A DNA stretch of 32,911 nt from an uncultured Muribaculaceae bacterium (GCA_964548645.1 CAZJQU010000002.1:1-32911), one strand, 5' to 3'. Counted from the stretch's first letter, positions 24,539 to 32,197 are shown. Program-made: numbers and translations. The notes: generated by a model not told the origin, from the letters alone.

Positions 24539-24617
24539 AAAAAACGACGTACACGAATCAAATTTGATTGGCTGCTACCTTTCGGTCCTGACCGATTATC
24601 AACAGACTCGTTACGTC
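24539..24617 (-). ncRNA. ffs: Signal recognition particle RNA, short (4.5S-like) form
   Basis: Minus strand GACGTAACGAGTCTGTTGATAATCGGTCAGGACCGAAAGGTAGCAGCCAATCAAATTTGATTCGTGTACGTC followed by GTTTTTT. GGTCAGGACCGAAAGGTAGCAGCC matches the universally conserved domain IV sequence (E. coli GGUCAGGUCCGGAAGGAAGCAGCC). The ends pair into a long hairpin. Firmicute synteny places scr next to tadA/dnaX. Confidence 0.8.
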
Positions 24618-24623
24618 TTATTA

Positions 24624-24652
24624 AGTATAGTTTATAACCACAAAAATATCAA
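24624..24652 (-). promoter_or_regulatory. Promoter of the SRP RNA gene
   Basis: Minus strand TTGATA - 17 nt - TATACT. Six nt downstream is the G that begins the SRP RNA hairpin. Confidence 0.55.
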
Positions 24653-24677
24653 TAAATTTAAGACAACACCTCTTACA

Positions 24678-24695
24678 ATGTTTCACGTGAAACAT
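24678..24695. other. parS site, TT-type (ATGTTTCACGTGAAACAT; core TGTTTCACGTGAAACA)
   Basis: Perfect 18-bp palindrome. The core equals the widely used consensus parS. Confidence 0.75.
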
Positions 24696-24765
24696 ACATT
24701 AGATGAAACAAATAAAGTCTGAGCCATAATAAGGAGTTGTTTGTTTCACATCGATTTTCATACAT

Positions 24766-24789
24766 AAATTATTTCCCGGGAAATAATTT
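24766..24789. other. Noc-binding-site-type palindrome (AAATTATTTCCCGGGAAATAATTT; core TATTTCCCGGGAAATA)
   Basis: Perfect 24-bp palindrome. The core equals the consensus NBS (B. subtilis ATTTCCCGGGAAAT). Confidence 0.65.
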
Positions 24790-24797
24790 GATAAGCT

Positions 24798-24815
24798 ATG
24801 TTCCACGTGGAACAT
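24798..24815. other. parS site, CC-type
   Basis: ATGTTCCACGTGGAACAT, 8 bp from the preceding NBS palindrome. Confidence 0.75.
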
Positions 24816-24900
24816 CGAAATGTTGTTGATCAATTAATGGTATTCAATGTATGTCTGAGTTTTTTGCTTATTTATTATATGCAATTAGAATCGCGCACTA

Positions 24901-24918
24901 ATGTTTCACGTGAAACAT
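24901..24918. other. parS site, TT-type
   Basis: ATGTTTCACGTGAAACAT. Confidence 0.75.
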
Positions 24919-24986
24919 TAAAAATTATATGTGACCTTTTTATAATCGACTATTGTCTATAGGTTATTTTATCATATTTAATTAAG

Positions 24987-25010
24987 AAATTATTTCCCGG
25001 GAAATAATTT
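24987..25010. other. Noc-binding-site-type palindrome
   Basis: AAATTATTTCCCGGGAAATAATTT, identical to the copy at 24766. Confidence 0.65.
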
Positions 25011-25018
25011 AATGAGTT

Positions 25019-25036
25019 ATGTTCCACGTGGAACAT
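25019..25036. other. parS site, CC-type
   Basis: ATGTTCCACGTGGAACAT, 8 bp from the preceding NBS palindrome. Confidence 0.75.
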
Positions 25037-25111
25037 TGTTTTTTTGTTTAATTAAAGAGTTGCTTCTATTTTATATTTGAATAAATTGTTTGTTCTTTTT
25101 TTTGCTGGTTC

Positions 25112-25129
25112 ATGTTTCACGTGAAACAT
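25112..25129. other. parS site, TT-type (palindrome extends to 20 bp, 25111-25130)
   Basis: CATGTTTCACGTGAAACATG. Confidence 0.75.
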
Positions 25130-25199
25130 GAAAGGCAAGGAGAATTTATTATTTATGAATAACAATTATTTTATAAGCATATCTGTTCTGTTGATCAAC

Positions 25200-25223
25200 A
25201 AATTATTTCCCGGGAAATAATTT
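25200..25223. other. Noc-binding-site-type palindrome
   Basis: AAATTATTTCCCGGGAAATAATTT, third identical copy. Confidence 0.65.
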
Positions 25224-25232
25224 AAAGAAAAG

Positions 25233-25250
25233 ATGTTCCACGTGGAACAT
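25233..25250. other. parS site, CC-type, abutting the gyrA stop codon
   Basis: ATGTTCCACGTGGAACAT, 9 bp from the NBS. Its last base is the last base of the gyrA TGA (25250-25252 on the minus strand). Confidence 0.75.
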
Positions 25251-27679
25251 CATTCTTTTATATTAAATACTGCAGTTACTTTTTGATTATCTTTTACATT
25301 TATAAGTCTTACTCCTTGAGTAACCCTACTCATGGTTGATATTTGATTTATTGGAATTCTAATTACCATTCCACTATCTGTTATTATAATTAGATCTTCG
25401 TCTTCTTCTACAATTTTGAATGCAACTATTTTTCCTGTTTTATCTGTTGTGTTTAGAGTTTTAACACCTTTGCTTCCTCTTTTTGTTGTTCTATATTCCT
25501 CTATTACAGTCCTTTTTCCATAACCGTTTTCACTTACAACTAAAACTTTGCTGTTGGCATCTACAATATTTGCATCAATACACAGAGCTCCTGAATCTAG
25601 ATTTATTCCTCTAACGCCAGTTGCCGTTCTTCCCATTATTCTAACTTCTTCTTCGTTGAATCTTACCATCTTTCCAGTTGAGGATGCCATGACTACCTCA
25701 GAATGGCCATTTGTCTTTCTAACAGCAATTAACTTATCGTCCTCTTTTAATTTTATAGCTATCTTTCCAGTTTTCCTTATGTTTTGGAATTCTTCCACCT
25801 TACATCTCTTAACAAGGCCTTGTTGGGTTGCAAATAGTAAACATTTGTTTTCTTCATCTTTTGAAACCTTTAGAATTGATGTTATTCTTTCATCTTTTTC
25901 TAATGGTAGCAAGTTTACAATTGGTAAACCTTTTGATTGCCTGCTAAATTCTGGCACTTCATAACCTTTTATTCTATAGATTAACCCTTTATCTGAGAAA
26001 AGCATCAGAAAGTCATGTGTATTTAACATTAATAGGTTTTCGGCGAAGTCTTCTTCATTTGTAGTCATTCCTTTTACACCAGTTCCGCCCCTATTTTGAG
26101 TTTTGTATGTATCAAGCGGTAACCTTTTAATATATCCTTTATTTGTTAATGTTATTATTATTTCTTCTTGAGGTATTAATTCTTCATCATCTATGTGTTC
26201 TATTGAAGACATATCTATTTTTGTTCTTCTTTCGTTAGCGTACTTTTCCTTTATTTCTAACATCTCTGTTTTAATTATTTCTAGTACTTTTTGAGGATCT
26301 GACAAGATTTCTTCTAATTGTCTGATCAAATTTAAGATATTTGCTAGTTCATCTTCTATTTTACCTCTCTCAAGTCCCGTTAATCTTCTTAGTTTCATTT
26401 CTAATATTGCTTCTGATTGAAGATCGCTTAATGAAAATCTGTTTTTGAGTTCTTCTTTTGCTTTTTGATCATCTTTTGATGTTTTTAGAATTTTAATAAT
26501 TTCATCTATATTATCTAAAGCAATTTTTAAACCTTCTAATATATGTTCTCTTGCTTTTGCTTTTTCTAAATCAAATTGAGTTCTTCTAATTATGATTGTT
26601 TTTTGATAATCGACATAATGTCTATATATATCTTTTAAACCTAGAGTTTTTGGTCTACCGTCTACTAGCATAAGTAGATTTATTCCATAAGATATTTGAA
26701 GGGGAGTATGTTTATATAGATTGTTTAATACAACATTTGCATTTGCTTCTTTTTTTATTTCTATATTTAACTTTATACCTTCTAATGATGATTCATCATG
26801 TAAGTCACTAATGCCATCTAATTGTTTGTTTCTTATTAACTCTCCAATTTTCTTCGTTAAATCGTTAGTTTTACTTACTTGATATGGTACCTCTGTTATT
26901 AAAATTCTGCTTTTTTTGCCCTCTTCTTCTATTATTTCAGCTTTTCCTCTTAATACTATAATTCCTTTTCCTGTTTCATATGCTTTTTTTATTCCACTAT
27001 TTCCTAATATATAACCGTATGTAGGAAAGTCTGGTCCTTTTATAAATTGCATAAGTTCAAGCACTGAAATATCAGGATTATCTATATATTGAATACAAGC
27101 ATCTATTACTTCTCCTAAGTTGTGCGGTGGTATATTCGTTGCCATACCTACTGCTATACCCATGTTTCCATTAACTAATATATTTGGAAATCTAGATGGT
27201 AGTATATTTGGTTCTCTTCTTTGTCCATCGTAATTATCAGAAAAATCTACTGTATTTTTATTTATATCTCTTAATAATTCCATAGAAATCTTTGATAATC
27301 TTGCCTCTGTATAACGAGAAGCCGCTGGACTATCTCCATCTCCAGATCCAAAGTTTCCGTGTCCATCTATTAATGTATGTCTATAAGTAAAGTCTTGTGC
27401 CATCCTTGCCATTGAATCATATATCGCAGAATCTCCATGTGGGTGATAATGTCCCATAACTGCACCAACCGCATTTGCACTTTTTTGATGCTTCTTTTCT
27501 GGTGTCATTCCTTCTTCAAACATAGTATATAGTATTCTTCTATGTACGGGTTTTAGTCCATCTCTAACGTCAGGTATTGCTCTAGATACTATTACACTCA
27601 TCGAATAGTCTAAAAAAGAGTTTTTTATTTCAGTTGATAAGTTAATATCTTCAATTTTATCTATTATTTTTTCTTCCAT
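25250..27679 (-). CDS. gyrA: DNA gyrase subunit A
   Basis: 809 aa. QRDR region HPHGDSAIYD, active-site AASRYTEARL, and a C-terminal beta-pinwheel with a GyrA-box-like QNRGGTGVKG. Confidence 0.98.
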   Translation of the reverse strand: MEEKIIDKIEDINLSTEIKNSFLDYSMSVIVSRAIPDVRDGLKPVHRRILYTMFEEGMTPEKKHQKSANAVGAVMGHYHPHGDSAIYDSMARMAQDFTYRHTLIDGHGNFGSGDGDSPAASRYTEARLSKISMELLRDINKNTVDFSDNYDGQRREPNILPSRFPNILVNGNMGIAVGMATNIPPHNLGEVIDACIQYIDNPDISVLELMQFIKGPDFPTYGYILGNSGIKKAYETGKGIIVLRGKAEIIEEEGKKSRILITEVPYQVSKTNDLTKKIGELIRNKQLDGISDLHDESSLEGIKLNIEIKKEANANVVLNNLYKHTPLQISYGINLLMLVDGRPKTLGLKDIYRHYVDYQKTIIIRRTQFDLEKAKAREHILEGLKIALDNIDEIIKILKTSKDDQKAKEELKNRFSLSDLQSEAILEMKLRRLTGLERGKIEDELANILNLIRQLEEILSDPQKVLEIIKTEMLEIKEKYANERRTKIDMSSIEHIDDEELIPQEEIIITLTNKGYIKRLPLDTYKTQNRGGTGVKGMTTNEEDFAENLLMLNTHDFLMLFSDKGLIYRIKGYEVPEFSRQSKGLPIVNLLPLEKDERITSILKVSKDEENKCLLFATQQGLVKRCKVEEFQNIRKTGKIAIKLKEDDKLIAVRKTNGHSEVVMASSTGKMVRFNEEEVRIMGRTATGVRGINLDSGALCIDANIVDANSKVLVVSENGYGKRTVIEEYRTTKRGSKGVKTLNTTDKTGKIVAFKIVEEDEDLIIITDSGMVIRIPINQISTMSRVTQGVRLINVKDNQKVTAVFNIKE

Positions 27680-27689
27680 AATACCCTCC

Positions 27690-29615
27690 TTATACGTCTA
27701 AGTTTCTTACTTTTAGTGCATTTTCTTCTATGAATTGTCTACGCGGTTCTACTTCTTCTCCCATCAATATTTGGAATGTTTCATCCGCTAATATCGCATC
27801 ATCTACCGTTAATCTTATTAATGTTCTGGTTTCTAAACTCATAGTTGTTTCTCTCAACTCTATAGCGTCCATTTCTCCAAGACCTTTCATTCTAACTATT
27901 TCTGTTTTTGTGTTTTCTGGAAGTGTTGCTATATAGGCATCTTTTGCTTTTTCATTTAAAACATATTTTTGAGTTTTTCCATGAGATACCCTAAATAGTG
28001 GTGGTTGCGCAGCATAAACATGACCCTTTTCAACCAAAGGTCTAAAATACCTATAAAGGAATGTCAATAAAAGCGTTCTTATGTGAGAACCGTCTACATC
28101 GGCATCGGTCATTATTATTATTTTGTGATATCTCAATTTATTGTAGTCGAACTCTTCTCCAATGCCGGTTCCAAATGCTGTTATTAGGTTTCTTATTTCT
28201 TCATTTCCTAATATTCTATCTAATCTTGCTTTTTCTACGTTTAAAATTTTTCCTCTTATTGGAATTACTGCTTGAGTTTTTGAATCTCTACCTTGTTTTG
28301 CTGGTCCTTCTGCGCTTCGTCCTTCTACGATAAAAATTTCTGATATTGTTGGGTCTTTGCTAGAACAATCTGTTAATTTTTCCCATTGATTTGATATATC
28401 TAAAAGACCTTTTCTTCTAGTTAGTTCTCTTGCTTTTTTAGCAGCCGCTCTAGCTCTTGCTGCGGTTAGAGTTTTATCTAATATTTTTCTTGCTTCATCT
28501 GGGTTTTCTAATAAATATCTTTCCAATCCTGATGAAAAAATGCTGTCTGATATTTTTCTAACTTCTATATTACCTAGTTTTGTTTTTGTTTGTCCTTCAA
28601 ATTGAGGATTTTGATGTTTAACAGAAATTATCATAGTAATTCCTTCTCTAACATCTTCTCCGGTTAATCCTTCATCGTTTTGTTTTAATATTCCAGAGCT
28701 CTTTCCATAGTTATTTATTACTCTTGTCAAAGCTCTTTTTACACCTTCGTCGTGAGTTCCACCTTCGTATGTATTTATATTGTTTACGAACGAATATATA
28801 CTCTCTGTATAAGAGTCTGTGTATTGAAGTGCTATTTCTAATTTTATATTGTCTTCTTCTCCCTCAAAATAAACAATTTCTTTGTTTACTGGAGTTTTGT
28901 TTTTATTTAATAGTTCAATGTATTCTTTAATTCCGCCTTCATATACAAATGTTTCTTTTTTTTCTGCTTCTCTATCGTCTGTTAAAATAAATCTCAATCC
29001 CTTATTTAAAAATGCAAGTTCTCTAGTTCTAGATCTCAAAGAATCATAATCAAATTCTATAGTTTCTTCAAAAATTGTAGGATCTGGTTTGAAAGTCACT
29101 GTGGTTCCAGTTCTCTCTATATCGCATTCTCCAATTATTTTTAGTGTCTCTTCTGATTTTCCACCATTTTTAAAACGTTGGAAATATATTTTTCCATTTT
29201 TATAAACGGTTACCTCTAAATATACACTAAGTGCATTTACTACAGATGCTCCGACTCCGTGAAGACCACCAGATACTTTATACCCGCCTCCACCAAATTT
29301 ACCCCCAGCATGTAATACTGTATATACAGTTTCTACTGTAGAAAGTCCAGTTTTTGGATGTATGTCTACAGGAATTCCTCTTCCATCATCTTTTATTGTT
29401 ATTGCATTATTTTTTTCTATAGTTATCTCTATATCATCGCAGTATCCAGCTAAAGCCTCATCAACTGCATTATCAACTATTTCCCATACTAAATGATGTA
29501 ACCCTTTTGAACCAGTTGTACCTATATACATACCTGGTCGTTTTCTTACTGCATCTAATCCTTCTAAAACTTGAATATCTGAAGAATCGTAATGTAATGT
29601 TGAATCTTTTTCCAT
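27690..29615 (-). CDS. gyrB: DNA gyrase subunit B
   Basis: GHKL ATPase motifs ([22 protein letters not shown]), Toprim [13 protein letters not shown], and DADVDGSHI. Start re-called at the ATG at 29615 (AAGGGAG upstream); the ORF-track start is a TTG. Confidence 0.98.
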   Translation of the reverse strand: MEKDSTLHYDSSDIQVLEGLDAVRKRPGMYIGTTGSKGLHHLVWEIVDNAVDEALAGYCDDIEITIEKNNAITIKDDGRGIPVDIHPKTGLSTVETVYTVLHAGGKFGGGGYKVSGGLHGVGASVVNALSVYLEVTVYKNGKIYFQRFKNGGKSEETLKIIGECDIERTGTTVTFKPDPTIFEETIEFDYDSLRSRTRELAFLNKGLRFILTDDREAEKKETFVYEGGIKEYIELLNKNKTPVNKEIVYFEGEEDNIKLEIALQYTDSYTESIYSFVNNINTYEGGTHDEGVKRALTRVINNYGKSSGILKQNDEGLTGEDVREGITMIISVKHQNPQFEGQTKTKLGNIEVRKISDSIFSSGLERYLLENPDEARKILDKTLTAARARAAAKKARELTRRKGLLDISNQWEKLTDCSSKDPTISEIFIVEGRSAEGPAKQGRDSKTQAVIPIRGKILNVEKARLDRILGNEEIRNLITAFGTGIGEEFDYNKLRYHKIIIMTDADVDGSHIRTLLLTFLYRYFRPLVEKGHVYAAQPPLFRVSHGKTQKYVLNEKAKDAYIATLPENTKTEIVRMKGLGEMDAIELRETTMSLETRTLIRLTVDDAILADETFQILMGEEVEPRRQFIEENALKVRNLDV

Positions 29616-29692
29616 TGTTTCTCCCTTCAAAACAAAAAAACGCTTGAATTTTGTTTTTAATAATTATTGTGTAGGTTGATACTTACATTATA

Positions 29693-29703
29693 ATTATACC
29701 ACA
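29693..29703 (-). promoter_or_regulatory. Candidate extended -10 promoter for gyrB-gyrA
   Basis: Minus strand TGTGGTATAAT (TGn + TATAAT; a second overlapping TATAAT follows) in the 124-bp recF-gyrB gap. It is preceded by the small hairpin AAAACG-CCT-CGTTTT. Confidence 0.4.
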
Positions 29704-29739
29704 AAACGAGGCGTTTTACACACTTAAATTGAAAAAACG

Positions 29740-30849
29740 TTATTTTTCGGTTACTTTTTTGTTTTTTACATTAAATATTTTTGAATCCTTTAGTAATTTA
29801 TCGTCTAAACTATTTAAATCTGTTGTAGTTATGAAGGTTTGAATGTCATTTTTTATATATTTTATTATATTGTTTTGTTTTTTTTCATCGAGTTCGCTAA
29901 ATATATCATCTAATAGTAAAACTGGATATTCTCCGGTTATTTCTTTGAATATTTCGATTTCTGCTAGTTTTAAACACACCATGATTATTCTTTGTTGTCC
30001 TTGAGAGGCATGATTTCTAATATCATTTTTATTTAGATAAAATATTAGGTCATCTCTGTGTGGACCGTTTACTGTCATTCCTAAAAATAAATCTCTTTTT
30101 ATATTGGATGTTAATTTTTTAAATAGAATCTCTCTTATTTCATCTTCGTTTTTTAAATTAGTTATATCTATATTTGTTTTGTATTCTATATCCAAATTTC
30201 CTTCTTCGAATATAGTTTTATATATTTTTTTTGTTTTTTGATTGAGTTTTTCTATAAAATCAATTCTTTTTTTGTAAATTTCGGTCCCTTTTTTTGAAAT
30301 TTGTTCATTTATGATAGAAAGATAGGTCAAATCAAGTTCTTCCATTTTCTTGTTTTTTATGTATTCATTTCTATTTTTTACTAATAAGTTATATTCATTT
30401 AATATTGATAAGTATTTATTATCTATTTGTGCGATTTCTATATTTAAGAACTTTCTTCTAGATGAGGGATTTCCTTTTATTAAATCTAAATCGCTGGGAA
30501 AAAACATTATTACGTTGAAGTTTGAAATGTAATGACTTATTTTCTTTATTATAATATCGTTTATTTTTACACTTTTTCCCTTTGTATTTATTAATATTTC
30601 AAATTTTTTTGTTTCTTTTTGTAATTCTAATTCGCCTTTTATCTTAGTTGCTTGTAAACCTTCTTTTATTAAATGTTTATCTATGTTTATTCTATGAGAC
30701 TTAGTTATAGCCAAAACATATATACTTTCTAATATATTTGTTTTTCCTACCGCATTATCTCCATAAAATATATTTATATTGGGAGAAAATTGTAGTTTTA
30801 AATCCTCATAATTTCTAAAGTTTTTTAATTCTAATTTGTTTAGTTTCAT
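29740..30849 (-). CDS. recF: DNA replication and repair protein RecF
   Basis: 369 aa. Walker A GDNAVGKTN, signature SQGQQR, Walker B LLLDDIFSELD. Confidence 0.93.
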   Translation of the reverse strand: MKLNKLELKNFRNYEDLKLQFSPNINIFYGDNAVGKTNILESIYVLAITKSHRINIDKHLIKEGLQATKIKGELELQKETKKFEILINTKGKSVKINDIIIKKISHYISNFNVIMFFPSDLDLIKGNPSSRRKFLNIEIAQIDNKYLSILNEYNLLVKNRNEYIKNKKMEELDLTYLSIINEQISKKGTEIYKKRIDFIEKLNQKTKKIYKTIFEEGNLDIEYKTNIDITNLKNEDEIREILFKKLTSNIKRDLFLGMTVNGPHRDDLIFYLNKNDIRNHASQGQQRIIMVCLKLAEIEIFKEITGEYPVLLLDDIFSELDEKKQNNIIKYIKNDIQTFITTTDLNSLDDKLLKDSKIFNVKNKKVTEK

Positions 30850-30850
30850 C

Positions 30851-32197
30851 TTATTTTCCTAAACAGAAATTACTGAATATTTCGTCAATTAGTTCTTCTT
30901 TGTAGTTTTTTCCAATAACGTCTCCTAATAGTTCCCAAATTTGTTTTAAGTCTATTTCTAATATATCTACTGGTAATTCTTCTTTTAAACCTATCTTTAT
31001 ATCTTCTATATTAACTATTGTTTTCTTTAATGTGCTGATTTGTCTAGTATTAAAGAGATAATTCGGATCTTTTTTATTTATTTCATTTATATTAAATTTA
31101 TCTATAATTTTATCTTTTAAATTTGTTATATCATTATTTAAAGCACTTATTTCTACAATATCTCCGGATAGCATTGTCTTATCTATCTTTTGTTCTAAGT
31201 CCATTTTATTTATTACGATTATTCTGTTTTTATCTTTTGTTCTCTCTAATAGTTCTATATCTTCTTTTTCTAAAATTTCATTATTATTTAAAACTAATAT
31301 TATAAGGTCTGATTCATCTATCAAATTCAAAGATTTATCCACACCAATTTTTTCTATTATATCTTTTGTGTCTCGTATTCCGGCAGTATCCGTTATATTA
31401 AATAGTATAGAGTTTATTGAAATTGTTCCTTCTACTATATCTCTAGTAGTTCCAGCGATATCGGTAACTATTGCTTTATCTTCATCTATTAATTTATTTA
31501 ATAAACTGCTTTTTCCAACGTTTGGTTTTCCTAAAATAACAGTGTTTATTCCGTTTTTTATTATTTTTCCATTTTCGCTTTCTTTTATTATTTTAACTAT
31601 TTCTTCTTCTATAACCTTTATTTCTTTATCTATCATTTCTTTTGTTATTACTAATATGTCTTCGTATTCAGGATAGTCTATATTTGCTTCTATATTAGAT
31701 AATATTTTTGATAGTTTACTTCTTAAGTTTTCAATCATAGTTGAAATATTACCTTTAATTCCGTTAATTGCTAGTTTTCTAGCTGATTCTGTTTTTGAAT
31801 TAATTAATTCCATAATTGATTCTGCTTCGATTAAATCTATTCTTCCATTTAAAAATGCCCTTTTTGTGAATTCTCCTGGTTCAGCAAGTCTTGCTCCATT
31901 TTCTATTAATAATTCTAATATTTTATTTGTAGTTGTTATCCCGCCATGACAATTAATCTCAATAATATCTTCTTTTGTGAAGGTTTTAGGCGCTCTCATC
32001 AAACTTACTAAAACTTCGTCTATTATTGTGTTTTTTTCTTTTATAAAACCATAATTAATAGTATGACTTTCTATATTAGTCAAATCTTTACTAAATATTT
32101 TATTTACTATCTCTATTGCTTCTTTACCGCTTATTCTTATTATAGATATTGCTCCGATTCCCAAAGCTGTAGATATTCCTGCGATTGTGTCGTACAT
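30851..32197 (-). CDS. mnmE: tRNA uridine-5-carboxymethylaminomethyl modification GTPase MnmE
   Basis: N-terminal DTIAGIST, G-domain GKPNVGKSSL / DTAGIR / NKMD, and the C-terminal CxGK tail (FCLGK). Start preferred at 32197 (GGGTGA-TTTT-ATG). Confidence 0.95.
   Translation of the reverse strand: MYDTIAGISTALGIGAISIIRISGKEAIEIVNKIFSKDLTNIESHTINYGFIKEKNTIIDEVLVSLMRAPKTFTKEDIIEINCHGGITTTNKILELLIENGARLAEPGEFTKRAFLNGRIDLIEAESIMELINSKTESARKLAINGIKGNISTMIENLRSKLSKILSNIEANIDYPEYEDILVITKEMIDKEIKVIEEEIVKIIKESENGKIIKNGINTVILGKPNVGKSSLLNKLIDEDKAIVTDIAGTTRDIVEGTISINSILFNITDTAGIRDTKDIIEKIGVDKSLNLIDESDLIILVLNNNEILEKEDIELLERTKDKNRIIVINKMDLEQKIDKTMLSGDIVEISALNNDITNLKDKIIDKFNINEINKKDPNYLFNTRQISTLKKTIVNIEDIKIGLKEELPVDILEIDLKQIWELLGDVIGKNYKEELIDEIFSNFCLGK

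Larger units (their letters stand above)
24480..25250. repeat. Composite array of 7 parS-type and 3 NBS-type perfect palindromes (centromere-like array)
   Basis: Direct reading of the sequence; individual sites are listed below. Spacer sequences between the sites are not conserved. Confidence 0.85.

Noticed and set aside
24123-24722. 199-aa plus-strand ORF spanning tadA (antisense), ffs and a parS
   Set aside because: It is a shadow ORF antisense to a well-supported tadA and runs through the SRP RNA gene. Its composition is low-complexity, Leu/Ser/Ile/Phe-rich, as is typical of antisense frames in AT-rich genomes, and it has no SD.
24824-25198. Shared decamer TGTTGATCAA (24824-24833 and 25189-25198; GATC-containing, the second within GTTGATCAAC), and a repeated GTCTGAG heptamer (about 24716 and 24853)
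   Set aside because: There are only two copies of each, and they occupy non-equivalent positions within the modules. Such matches are plausible by chance in AT-rich DNA. I noted them in case genome-wide analysis shows enrichment.
25157-25219. 20-codon plus-strand mini-ORF (MNNNYFISISVLLINKLFPGK*) with an AAGGAG 12 nt upstream, running into the third NBS. Also 8-codon mini-ORFs in the first module.
   Set aside because: No equivalent ORF exists in the other two modules, the SD spacing is long, and the peptide is not conserved within the array. It is most likely fortuitous.
24470-25250. Could the palindrome-rich gyrA-tadA spacer be oriC?
   Set aside because: It has no cluster of DnaA boxes (TTATCCACA/TGTGGATAA). 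The closest match is a single TGTTTCACA at 24742-24750, which is better read as a parS half-site. There is no strand switch of genes at this point, because both flanks are on the minus strand, and dnaA and dnaN are not adjacent. The palindromes match parS/NBS exactly and match DnaA boxes only partially.
24480-25250. CRISPR array (short repeats separated by unique spacers)
   Set aside because: Three different repeat sequences are interleaved, and spacer lengths are 8-9, 68-70 and 75-85 bp rather than a uniform ~30-36 bp. The repeats are complete zero-loop palindromes. There are no cas genes, and no leader with a single repeat type.
24480-25250. MITE/IS remnants or REP-like dispersed elements, with the palindromes as terminal inverted repeats
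   Set aside because: There is no transposase, no target-site duplications, and no conserved internal sequence between the inverted elements. The motifs equal known protein-binding consensus sequences. This cannot be fully excluded without genome-wide copy counts, which I list as a refutation test.
24480-25250. Palindromes as restriction-modification-related sites (CACGTG = PmlI-type, CCCGGG = SmaI/XmaI-type) or as eukaryote-style E-boxes
   Set aside because: The conserved sequence extends far beyond the hexamers (18-24 bp), there is no R-M gene nearby, and E-box/bHLH biology is not bacterial. The hexamers are simply the centres of parS and NBS.
24480-25250. LexA (Cheo box), Rex, CRP/FNR or CcpA operator sites
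   Set aside because: The Firmicute SOS box is GAAC-N4-GTTC, whereas these read GTTC-N6-GAAC, the opposite arrangement. Rex (TTGTGAA-N4-TTCACAA), CRP (TGTGA-N6-TCACA), FNR (TTGAT-N4-ATCAA) and cre (TGWAANCGNTNWCA) do not fit the half-sites or the spacing.
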